A stretch of DNA of 38,856 nucleotides from an uncultured Chitinophagaceae bacterium (lineage in GTDB: Bacteria; Bacteroidota; Bacteroidia; Chitinophagales; LD1), in NCBI GenBank assembly GCA_964620795.1, contig CAZUHX010000003.1:1-38856 (forward strand), written 5' to 3'. A program made the translations under genes and the position numbers. A model generated the notes under the pieces. The model worked only from the letters and a program-made list of their open reading frames with translations, was not told the origin of the DNA and made no database searches. Shown piece by piece: positions 18,123 to 26,687 of this stretch (its first letter is position 1; each line of letters starts with the position of its first letter).

Positions 18123-18740
18123 ATGAAAACTTTGAACTCGAATGAGGCTCTTGCAGATCTGGAATCTTATCAGATCATAGACCTCCGACATCTCGAATTG
18201 TCTTCTGCAGGCTTCCTTTCAGGAAGCCTGCTTTTTGTTGATTCGGGATCCGGTCAGGATTTCCCGGAAGAATTTCTTATCCCAGGGAAACCTTGCCTGA
18301 TTGTAACTGATGATTTTTCCAAAATTCCCGAACACTGGAGCTTGCCACCCAATAGTGCCCGCACAGTCTTTCCTGATAAAATACCCGAATCAGCTCTCGA
18401 CTTGATTATTTGTGTTGATCCTGATGAATTTGCAATTGATTATCGCTTCGATGAGTTTTATCTTATCGATTTGTCTGAACCCGGGCAGTTTGAAGCCGAA
18501 CATTTGGAAGATGCCGAAAATCTTCCTTTCGATGAACTTCCAACAGAAGTGGCTGAACTTGACCCCGAAATGCGTATTTACCTTACGGGATCAAACAGTT
18601 TTCAAAAATTCCTGGCAGCTTCTTTCCTGAAAAGGAATGGAATCCCGCATGTTCGTGTGGTAATTGCAGAAAATCATGAACTCATGAATAAGGGCCTTAC
18701 CTTTGCAGGAAACAAAGCGCAGAAGGCTGCCCCAAAATGA
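18123..18740 (+). CDS. tandem rhodanese-like domain protein, both active-site loops lack the catalytic Cys
   Basis: YQIIDLRH... and FYLIDLSEPGQFEAEHLEDAENLP resemble rhodanese N-terminal strands. The positions of the CxxGxR loop read LIVTDDFSK and IYLTGSNSFQ. Confidence 0.55.
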   Translation: MKTLNSNEALADLESYQIIDLRHLELSSAGFLSGSLLFVDSGSGQDFPEEFLIPGKPCLIVTDDFSKIPEHWSLPPNSARTVFPDKIPESALDLIICVDPDEFAIDYRFDEFYLIDLSEPGQFEAEHLEDAENLPFDELPTEVAELDPEMRIYLTGSNSFQKFLAASFLKRNGIPHVRVVIAENHELMNKGLTFAGNKAQKAAPK

Positions 18741-20383
18741 CCCCAGGCCCGGTTTCTTTTTGTCATGCAAACAGGAATGAGCAGATCAGTCAGGCTGCTG
18801 AATCCGAGTTTGATTTGCTCGTCATCGGAGGTGGAATTACAGGTGCAGGAATACTGCTCGATGCCTGCCTGAGAGGTCTCAAAGTTTTACTTCTTGAGAA
18901 AAAAGATTTTGGCTGGGGAACAAGCTCCCGATCTACCAAATTGATTCATGGAGGGCTTCGCTATCTGAAACAACTCGAGCTTAAACTGGTGCGCGACGTG
19001 GGTCGTGAAAGAGCTATTGTTCATCAAAACGCACCACATTTGGTAATACCCGAAAGAATGTTGCTTCCCATCGTTAAAGGTGGCTCCCTGGGCGCAGCAT
19101 CCAGTTCTGCTGCTCTCTATGTTTATGATCTTCTGGCCGGAGTAGAAAGACCTGAACGGCGGAAAATGCTGGATAAAAAACAAACAGCCGAACAAGAACC
19201 GCTTCTCAACAACTCTTTATTGCTTGGCGGTGGCTTGTATTACGAATACCGAACAGATGATGCCAGACTTGTTATTAGCCTTGTGCGTTCCGCCCTTGCC
19301 CATGGAGGTGCCGCTTTCAATTACATGCCAGTATTGGAATTTGAAAAAGATGCAGAAGGAAAAATTACTGCTGTTTGCTGTAACGATGAACTGAGTGGTA
19401 AAAGCTATAAATTCCGTGCAAAGGCATTTGTTAATGCAACCGGCCCATGGGTTGATGATGTGCGGAAGGCAGATCAGTCATTACAAGGCAAGCGTCTGAA
19501 ACTATCGAAAGGCGTTCATCTCGTTTTTCCATATGAACAAATTCCTCTACATCAGGCAGCATACTTTGACGTGGGAGACGGAAGAATGATTTTTGCCATT
19601 CCGAGGGGTAGAACAACTTACGTTGGCACAACCGATACCTTCTACGAGGGCCCTGCCGATCATCCTGTGGCCGATCACATTGATGCGGTTTATCTCTGTG
19701 AAGCGTTGAGAAGAATGTTTCCAGGTTTAAGTGTTACGCCTGAAGATGCCGAAAGTTCCTGGTGCGGTCTTCGTCCGCTGATTTACGAGGAAGGTAAGTC
19801 GGCAACAGAATTATCGAGAAAAGATGAAATATTTTTCTCCTCTTCAGGACTTATTTCAATTGCAGGTGGAAAACTCACCGGTTTTCGTCTGATGGCCGAG
19901 AAGGTAATAGATCAGGTAGTGAAACGCACCGGTCTCCGTGCTTCCCCCTGTGTCACCCGCAGATTTTCGCTTGTTGGTGCCGGATGGAAAGGCAGTATGC
20001 AAGATGAAATCAGCCGGCAGCTTCAAATAGGATTATCAATTGGTGTTTCAGAGAATCAGATATTGGAATGGTTCTATCGCTATGGAAGCGAAACGCAAGA
20101 AATCCTGGAATTGTGTCGTGAAAATGCCGGTCATGCCCTGATCGCAGAGTTGGAATTTTCATATCGCAGAGAGTGCGTTTGCCACCCCGCCGATTTTATG
20201 GTTCGTCGTTCAGGTATGTTGTATTTCAATCGGCCGGCTCTGCTTCGCGACTGGAATACCATTATCGATTTCTTTGCAGACAAATTAAACTACAGTCACG
20301 CTCAACGGCAGCAGGCTGAAGCCCTTTGCAGGCAATTATCAGATGAAGCCATTGCTTTCAGGCGGCATTCAATGGTAGAGTGA
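18737..20383 (+). CDS. glpD: FAD-dependent glycerol-3-phosphate dehydrogenase/oxidase
   Basis: DLLVIGGGITGAGILLDA...KDFGWGTSSRSTKLIHGGLRYL is the GlpD/GlpO N-terminal signature. 548 aa with the usual C-terminal helical domain. Its ATG overlaps the upstream TGA (ATGA at 18737-18740). Confidence 0.85.
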   Translation: MTPGPVSFCHANRNEQISQAAESEFDLLVIGGGITGAGILLDACLRGLKVLLLEKKDFGWGTSSRSTKLIHGGLRYLKQLELKLVRDVGRERAIVHQNAPHLVIPERMLLPIVKGGSLGAASSSAALYVYDLLAGVERPERRKMLDKKQTAEQEPLLNNSLLLGGGLYYEYRTDDARLVISLVRSALAHGGAAFNYMPVLEFEKDAEGKITAVCCNDELSGKSYKFRAKAFVNATGPWVDDVRKADQSLQGKRLKLSKGVHLVFPYEQIPLHQAAYFDVGDGRMIFAIPRGRTTYVGTTDTFYEGPADHPVADHIDAVYLCEALRRMFPGLSVTPEDAESSWCGLRPLIYEEGKSATELSRKDEIFFSSSGLISIAGGKLTGFRLMAEKVIDQVVKRTGLRASPCVTRRFSLVGAGWKGSMQDEISRQLQIGLSIGVSENQILEWFYRYGSETQEILELCRENAGHALIAELEFSYRRECVCHPADFMVRRSGMLYFNRPALLRDWNTIIDFFADKLNYSHAQRQQAEALCRQLSDEAIAFRRHSMVE

Positions 20384-22627
20384 CTCCACCAACCTGCTGA
20401 ACTCTGCGCTGTTGTTGGGCCTGAACATGGCATTGTATAACTCGGCTTTCTCCCGGTCTGTGAGATGAAGACTCATAGAGGCCTTCTTCTCTTTGCTTTC
20501 CGGCTCATATTCAATACAAATTACTTCAACAGGCAGACCAATAGAGGTCTTTAGGTAATTCCAGTAATAGTCGAAACGATAATCTTGCAAATTCTCAAGG
20601 TTATTATACATCACTCCAATAGGATCCAGGATTTCTGCAAGAAAACTCCGCTTATCTCTCTTTTCAGGCTCTTCGTTTTTTCTGGAGTCTCTGATTTGAA
20701 TAACCGTTATCCCACGAGTATTCTGCCTGATCCAGTCTGAAAAATTATGAATAAACCGCTGTGATGTTTCGGTTCCAAAATTGTCAACAACCCCTGCATC
20801 CATGAGATACAAAGGCGGATCTGTAGGAAGTACCGGATTGGGAAATATATATGGGAAAGTTGCATTGATCCGGTTTACTGAAGCCAGCCGACTGTTGTAT
20901 GCGTCATGTTCTGAAAATAATTTTCCGTAATCAATTCCGTCAATCTCATAGGTATTGGCGCTATCTAGTCGTGCCGGTGGTCTGCTTAGAAACGAGACCG
21001 GCTGAGGGGAGATAAACAATCTTCTGCTGTCGTTGATAATGGTTGTGTGATAAATCATGAGTGGTATTCGAGCCTCCTGCTCAGGTTTTTTATAAAAACT
21101 GATCGGCCGCATTTGACCCGGTCCAAGATTCAATGCAAGTTGCTTTTCAAACATCAGACCCCGATCCCGGAAATATTTGTGTTCTCCTATCTTTTCCTTG
21201 TGAAATGGAATCAATATGTCGTTTGAAAGAAAAGTAATGATCATGGGATTAAGCAAATCCCGTGATATCCGGTTCCTGAGACTGCTGTCGCGAAGGTTTA
21301 CAGCAAATCCTTCCTGCTTCATCAAGTACTGATCGCGCATAAAGGAAGCGCCAAACATCCCACCTGATGCCCCCGAGATCAGCACTGTTTTTTCAAATAG
21401 CTTTCCTCCCAGAAGACTGTCGGCTCTCTGAAGTACATTGGTCACAAATGCTGCCGCCCGAAGACCTCCGCCACTTACATTTATAAATACCATATGCGGC
21501 TTGTAGCCCGGGGCTCGACCCTCGCAGTTTCTTGTTTTCCAGTTTTCCAGAATTTTCAGGAAATGTGCCCGGTCTGAGGCAATCAGAGAATCAGAGGCTA
21601 GTTTCCTGAGCACAGAATTGTCATAGACTGCAGGTTTTTTTTCATAATTAAGACCCGTCACTCTGCTCTGGTAACCCAGAATCTCAAATTTGGTCAGAAA
21701 ATTTGCTGCAATCAAAAATCCGATAATTACAATCGTACCCCAGCCAAGTGTATAAAAAATAAATATTCCAAAAAGCGATATCAGAAGCGAGGCAAACATA
21801 AACACACTGGCTGCGGTGGGAATCTGAAAAATCGGTATATCCACAAAAAAACCTAGCCCAATCAGTACACCGATGGTAAGTATCTGAAGAAAAAATGCAT
21901 TCAGGTGATGTTGCCGGAAAACAAGGTTCCTCACCTCTGTCTGATGTTGTATATCCTTTCTTGTGTGGCGAATTCGCAATGAATTTGTCAGATAGTAATC
22001 TACGCGCTCTGCCGGGCCTTGCAGCAATTCTTCATCCATGTTTGATTTTCGCACCAAGCGGTAGTTGCGCTTTTGCCGCATCCGCTTTTCACGCTCAATG
22101 ACATTTTGCGCACTGGTGTTGGTAAACTGAAAATAAATGGCAAACAATAAGACAGAAAGCGTGATGCCGGCCAGAAGTCCTGCTATATCAAGAAGTGCAT
22201 TCCCGTACGTTGCAAATTCATAATATCTCTGAAACCTCAGAATGGCATATATGTAAGCACCTAGTGAGGTCAGGGGAATAATTGAGTTGTTCAGAAAAAA
22301 CATCAGCATCGGATATCTCAGAGATGCCATGAATGGATATCGGTGTGCATTCAGCATGTAGCTAACCAGATTCCAGAAAACAAAGTGAATACCCCAGCCC
22401 ATACCTACCAGCGAATAACTTAAGTACCCGACTCGCCCCAGATACTCGGGATCCAGAAACAGGTAGGGGACGCCCATCGATAATCCAAAGCCCCTGTTGA
22501 TGAGCAGAAAAAACACCAGCCAGGAAAGTAGCAGAAATTGCTGCCGTTTAAACGCAGCAAATAAGAGCCGCACCGGAAAGAAATACCGTAGGTCTCTGAG
22601 CGCAATGCGGATGTTTTGCAGGAACAT
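20369..22627 (-). CDS. patatin-like phospholipase with a polytopic N-terminal membrane domain
   Basis: About 330 N-terminal residues form multiple hydrophobic helices. Then come the patatin motifs VSGGGLRAAAF (oxyanion), GASGG (GxSxG nucleophile) and MDAGVVDN (catalytic Asp). Confidence 0.8.
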   Translation of the reverse strand: MFLQNIRIALRDLRYFFPVRLLFAAFKRQQFLLLSWLVFFLLINRGFGLSMGVPYLFLDPEYLGRVGYLSYSLVGMGWGIHFVFWNLVSYMLNAHRYPFMASLRYPMLMFFLNNSIIPLTSLGAYIYAILRFQRYYEFATYGNALLDIAGLLAGITLSVLLFAIYFQFTNTSAQNVIEREKRMRQKRNYRLVRKSNMDEELLQGPAERVDYYLTNSLRIRHTRKDIQHQTEVRNLVFRQHHLNAFFLQILTIGVLIGLGFFVDIPIFQIPTAASVFMFASLLISLFGIFIFYTLGWGTIVIIGFLIAANFLTKFEILGYQSRVTGLNYEKKPAVYDNSVLRKLASDSLIASDRAHFLKILENWKTRNCEGRAPGYKPHMVFINVSGGGLRAAAFVTNVLQRADSLLGGKLFEKTVLISGASGGMFGASFMRDQYLMKQEGFAVNLRDSSLRNRISRDLLNPMIITFLSNDILIPFHKEKIGEHKYFRDRGLMFEKQLALNLGPGQMRPISFYKKPEQEARIPLMIYHTTIINDSRRLFISPQPVSFLSRPPARLDSANTYEIDGIDYGKLFSEHDAYNSRLASVNRINATFPYIFPNPVLPTDPPLYLMDAGVVDNFGTETSQRFIHNFSDWIRQNTRGITVIQIRDSRKNEEPEKRDKRSFLAEILDPIGVMYNNLENLQDYRFDYYWNYLKTSIGLPVEVICIEYEPESKEKKASMSLHLTDREKAELYNAMFRPNNSAEFSRLVESLYH

Positions 22628-22689
22628 GCGTTTAAATTATTGATTTAACCGCAGCCAATTCAGGATGTTGTAAAAAAATATGTGAAAAC

Positions 22690-24171
22690 TCAGGGCGAAT
22701 CAAATTCAATCGCTCCGATATCGTATGGGGTGGCCGGATTGGTTACTACCACCGGTCTTATTCGGTCATATAGATCTGCTCCGGCACCAAATCCCGAAGC
22801 ATCCAGCAAGGGTGAAGCTGCACTGTCTGGCATGAAATTTCCGGCTTCAGGCCGTTTAAACTCCGGATCTAAGTTAAACTTGCAGCCTGTGAGCGGAAGT
22901 GCATTTTCCTGATAAGAGGCAACCGTATCCTCAATGGCTTTCAGCAGGCAATAACGGAAGCGGGAGCCGAAGGCCGTTCCGTCTTGCTTGCCGAAAGCAA
23001 TTTCTTTTTCCAATGTGCCATAGATCACACAATTGTCGAAGTAAGCCTGATCAAGTGGTGCGGGATAAATGGTGTTGTTTGCTACAGCAAAATTGCTGAT
23101 CAGCAATGCCGGTTTCTGATGGCTGATGAAGGAAGAGCCGCGATTGAAAAACGTGCAATTGGCAAAATTGTATTTGCCTCCCAAACCCAGCGAAAGCAGA
23201 TTGTCGCCCGCTGCATAAAACAAACAATTTTCGCCTGTAAACTGCCCGTTGAAAGCAAACAATGCCGAAGCCTGGCTGTTGCGCACAATAATTCTGTTGG
23301 CAGTCACCGAGGGGCGGTTTCCGTTGTTCTGAAAAAAAGCAATATCACTTTCAAAACCCGAACCCACAGATATGCCGTAAGTGGCCTCGTCAATGATGGT
23401 GTATTTGAGCGACCCGGTACCGCCGCCTGTACTTTCCCGTAAAAAGAAGAGCCCCAGCCACTGCCCGGGTTTGTCTTTGTAAAACGGCTCCAGCCTCACT
23501 CCCTGAAACACCACCGAATCGCTCCAGGAAGCTGCATTTATCTGTAAATCGCCCGAAACCAGAATCGCCGCTCCGGGACCCATAAACACCTGCGTTCCCG
23601 GCTGAATGCTCAGCCTTCCTCCGGGCTTAACATACACTCCTGGAACCGTATCTTTCCTTACCACCACATGCGGCAAATCGGAAGTCCAGTTTACATTACC
23701 GCTGATCACTTCGCCATAATGGAAATAGGCATTCTGCCCCCAGGCATTTAGCGCCACCTTTTGAACCTGCCCGTTGGTTTCAAAAATCACTTCGTCTTCA
23801 ATGATAAAAGGCAGGTTTCCCTGCGCCGGATTTACGGTCACTTCGGCAAAAGCGTAGATACTGTCTTGCGCGGGAATCTCCACATCTCGAAATTCACGGC
23901 CTGCAATGCCGTCAATGTTCATTCGAAATTGTGCGCCCTGTAGACCCGCCAGGCTGATTCTGCTGATGCGCACAGATTCTTTGCAGCGGTTATAAATTTT
24001 GAAAGAGCGCGTAGCCGAACCGAGGGTAGAAAAAACCGTGTCGAATGTGAGGGTGTCGGTTGAGAACTCAAGAGCGCACGAGTCAGAAAATTTCTCGCGC
24101 CTGCAGCTGCTCAGCATAATCGAAGCCAGGAAGGCAAAGCCCAATACTAAAAACAAAATTTTCCGATTCAT
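22690..24171 (-). CDS. hypothetical lipoprotein, possible Ig-like N-domain plus right-handed beta-helix
   Basis: Lipobox ASIMLSSC. A long Gly/Asn-rich repetitive beta-type sequence with no catalytic motif recognised. Confidence 0.6.
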   Translation of the reverse strand: MNRKILFLVLGFAFLASIMLSSCRREKFSDSCALEFSTDTLTFDTVFSTLGSATRSFKIYNRCKESVRISRISLAGLQGAQFRMNIDGIAGREFRDVEIPAQDSIYAFAEVTVNPAQGNLPFIIEDEVIFETNGQVQKVALNAWGQNAYFHYGEVISGNVNWTSDLPHVVVRKDTVPGVYVKPGGRLSIQPGTQVFMGPGAAILVSGDLQINAASWSDSVVFQGVRLEPFYKDKPGQWLGLFFLRESTGGGTGSLKYTIIDEATYGISVGSGFESDIAFFQNNGNRPSVTANRIIVRNSQASALFAFNGQFTGENCLFYAAGDNLLSLGLGGKYNFANCTFFNRGSSFISHQKPALLISNFAVANNTIYPAPLDQAYFDNCVIYGTLEKEIAFGKQDGTAFGSRFRYCLLKAIEDTVASYQENALPLTGCKFNLDPEFKRPEAGNFMPDSAASPLLDASGFGAGADLYDRIRPVVVTNPATPYDIGAIEFDSP

Positions 24172-24296
24172 GCAGGGCTAACATAACGCAAAATGTGCAG
24201 ACTTCTTGTTTCTTGACTGCCATACATTTTAAAAATAATTTCAATGAGGGCGCCTTCCCGCGCTCATGCATGGATCAAATATTTTTTGCCCATACA

Positions 24297-24411
24297 GACC
24301 GCGGGAACCGGGTGCTGCGGGGGTTCCGTGGCGTGCTGCAGGGCGTAAATTTTTACGCCCTGCAGCACGCCACCCGGCCGAAGGCCGGCCCCTTCGCCCC
24401 CTGGCGCGGTC
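24297..24411. repeat. GC-rich nested-palindrome element (closing stem plus three hairpins), related to the repeat family
   Basis: Closing stem GACCGCG (24297-24303) with CGCGGTC (24405-24411). Hairpin GGAACC (24304-24309) with GGTTCC (24322-24327). Perfect 20-bp hairpin GGCGTGCTGCAGGGCGTAAA (24330-24349) with TTTACGCCCTGCAGCACGCC (24352-24371). Hairpin CCGGCC-GAA-GGCCGG (24374-24388). Confidence 0.7.
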
Positions 24412-24426
24412 TCAACTTTATTTTTT

Positions 24427-24434
24427 CATCTTTG
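24427..24434 (+). promoter_or_regulatory. possible -7 promoter box CATCTTTG
   Basis: One mismatch to TAnnTTTG, 16 nt upstream of ATG 24451. This places the GC-rich element upstream of the transcript rather than in its leader. Confidence 0.3.
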
Positions 24435-24450
24435 CAAAAACCTTCTATTC

Positions 24451-26175
24451 ATGAGATATCTGGTATCCGCAGCCTTTCTTTTTTCCCTTCTGACTACCGC
24501 TTGCAATGGCGGGCAACAGAAATCCAAAGCCAAGCAAAACCTCGCCATAGGCAACGTGAAATACGGAGGCGTGATTCGTTATAACGAAACAGAATTTTTT
24601 AAAAGTCTTTTCCCGCACAATATTACAGAAGTGGTTGGGCACAGAATCACCAACCAGATTTATGAAGGCCTTGTTCGTCTAAATCCTGCCGATCTCACAC
24701 CGGAGCCTTGTCTTGCTTCCTCCTGGGAAGTGAGTGAAGATGCCCTGAGCTATACCTTCCACCTGCGCAGCGATCTGCGTTTTCATGATGATGAATGCTT
24801 TCAGGGCGGCAAAGGACGCATTGTGAAAGCTTCTGATTTCTTGTGGTGCCTTCAAAGAGTATGCGAACCTTCCGCTTCTAATCAGGGATATTCATTTTTT
24901 AAAAATATCATTGCCGGTGCCAAAGAACATTATGAAGCCATTGAGGCCGGCAAAGAGGCTTCTCCTGTCAGCGGACTGAGCAGCCCAAATGACTCTACTA
25001 TTATTATTCGCCTGCAGCAGCCATCTGCCGATTTGCTTTACCGCCTGGCTCTGCCTTTTATGGCGGTCTTCCCCAAGGAGGCCTGGGATAAGTATGGAGA
25101 AAAAATGGCTTCACATACCGTGGGAACAGGTCCCTTTGTTCTCCGTAAAGTGCTGCCCGATGAGGCCGTTGTACTTTCCAGAAACGAAAATTACTGGGGC
25201 ATGGATGCCAACGGAAATCGGTTGCCTTATCTTGACGGAATAAAGGTTAGTTTTCTTCGTGAAGAGAAAACCGAAATGCTGGAGTTCCGTCAGGGAAATC
25301 TGGATCTGAAGTATCGTTTGCCTTTTGATCAGATCACCGAAATTCTCGATGCTCAGGGGAATCTTAAAGGTGAATACCAGAAGTTTCAACTGCAGACCAT
25401 TCAAGAGCTGGCTTTACAGTACTATGGATTCCTGCTTCCGGATCCGGTTTTTCGCGACAAAAGAGTCAGACAGGCTTTTAATATGGCCATTGATCGAAAA
25501 AAACTCGTCGATTTTACCGTGAAAGGTGAAGGCAGCCCTGCCATTCATGGCGTAGTTCCCTTTGGCTTCAGCGGTTATGACAATACATTGGTGAAAGGAT
25601 ATGATTTTGAACCTGAAAAAGCACGCAGACTACTCGCGGAAGCTGGTTATCCAAATGGTAAGGGATTTCCGTCAATAACGCTTGAAATAAACAGCGGGGG
25701 CGGAAGAAATGAAAAAGTAGCCGAAGCTATTCAGAGTATGCTTCGCGACAACCTCGGCGTAAATATTGAAATCAGTCAGGTCATTTTTGCACAACACACC
25801 GAAAATATTGAAACAGCAAAAACTTCCTTCTGGCGTCTTGGCTGGCAGGCCGATTATCCCGATCCCAATAACTTCCTCAATCTTTTTTATGGGAAAATCG
25901 TCCCCAAAGATCCCAAGGCGAGGTCTTACATGAATTCTTTCAGATATGTAAATCCTAAATTTGATGAGCTGTTCGAAAGAGCTTTGGCCACCACAGATGC
26001 TGCAGAACGAATGAAACTTTACCTTCAGCTGGATCAGATGGTTACAGACGATGCTCCTTTGCTTTTGATTTATTACAATCTCAACCGGCGGCTGCTTCAG
26101 CCATGGGTTAGAAATCTTCCTGCCAACGGCATGGAATATCGTGTGTTCAGGGAGGTTTGGTTAGACAAGCAGTAA
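24451..26175 (+). CDS. ABC-transporter substrate-binding lipoprotein, family 5 (peptide/nickel type)
   Basis: Lipobox LLTTAC. Size and motifs (VRLNP.DL.PEPCLASSWEVSEDALSYTFHLR, GTGPFVL, WRLGWQADYPDP) fit SBP_bac_5. Confidence 0.82.
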   Translation: MRYLVSAAFLFSLLTTACNGGQQKSKAKQNLAIGNVKYGGVIRYNETEFFKSLFPHNITEVVGHRITNQIYEGLVRLNPADLTPEPCLASSWEVSEDALSYTFHLRSDLRFHDDECFQGGKGRIVKASDFLWCLQRVCEPSASNQGYSFFKNIIAGAKEHYEAIEAGKEASPVSGLSSPNDSTIIIRLQQPSADLLYRLALPFMAVFPKEAWDKYGEKMASHTVGTGPFVLRKVLPDEAVVLSRNENYWGMDANGNRLPYLDGIKVSFLREEKTEMLEFRQGNLDLKYRLPFDQITEILDAQGNLKGEYQKFQLQTIQELALQYYGFLLPDPVFRDKRVRQAFNMAIDRKKLVDFTVKGEGSPAIHGVVPFGFSGYDNTLVKGYDFEPEKARRLLAEAGYPNGKGFPSITLEINSGGGRNEKVAEAIQSMLRDNLGVNIEISQVIFAQHTENIETAKTSFWRLGWQADYPDPNNFLNLFYGKIVPKDPKARSYMNSFRYVNPKFDELFERALATTDAAERMKLYLQLDQMVTDDAPLLLIYYNLNRRLLQPWVRNLPANGMEYRVFREVWLDKQ

Positions 26176-26177
26176 AA

Positions 26178-26624
26178 TCAATAGCCTTTCATCTGCATCA
26201 AATGCTTTTCCATGGATTCATTCAGAAGTTGATATACCTCCTTAAAGTGACCGATGTTTCCGTAGTAGGGATCGGGAATTTCTTTTCCTTCCGGATCCAT
26301 ATAGTACAGTTTGTGTAAATCACTTTCAGGACAAAGTTTTTTTAAATCACGCATCACCTGATGATCAGCAGCGAGGATACGGTCAAAGTACTCAAAATCT
26401 TTTGAATTGATTTGCCGCGCTCTCTGTCCGGAAATGTCTTTTCCAAAAGATGCTGTTATCTGTTGTGCTCGGGTATCCGGGAGTTCTCCTGCATGCCAAC
26501 CGCCAATTCCGGCAGAGTCTATTTGCCATGATAGGCCGGCTTCTGCAACCTTTGTTTCAAGAATGCCCTGAGCCATGGGCGACCTGCAGATGTTGCCGAG
26601 ACAAACCATTAGAATTTTCATCAT
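26178..26624 (-). CDS. low-molecular-weight protein-tyrosine phosphatase
   Basis: The P-loop VCLGNICRSP (CX5R-S) lies at the N-terminus and a DPYY motif near the C-terminus. Confidence 0.9.
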   Translation of the reverse strand: MMKILMVCLGNICRSPMAQGILETKVAEAGLSWQIDSAGIGGWHAGELPDTRAQQITASFGKDISGQRARQINSKDFEYFDRILAADHQVMRDLKKLCPESDLHKLYYMDPEGKEIPDPYYGNIGHFKEVYQLLNESMEKHLMQMKGY

Positions 26625-26687
26625 CCAAATTTAAATGAGTTCTACTGATATCAGGGGTATCAGTGCAAGTCAGCAAGCCTGTTATCG

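Noticed and set aside
20369-22627. Reading the patatin gene as the effector of an anti-phage defence system (CBASS-like or similar).
   Set aside because: No cyclase, sensor, NTPase, nuclease or other defence-associated partner is adjacent. The neighbours are glpD and a lipoprotein. The protein carries a large integral-membrane domain typical of housekeeping Bacteroidota patatins.
26640-26665. A 6-bp hairpin, CTGATA-TCAGGGG-TATCAG, after rlpA as a terminator.
   Set aside because: The stem is short and no U-tract follows on the coding strand. That is too weak to call.
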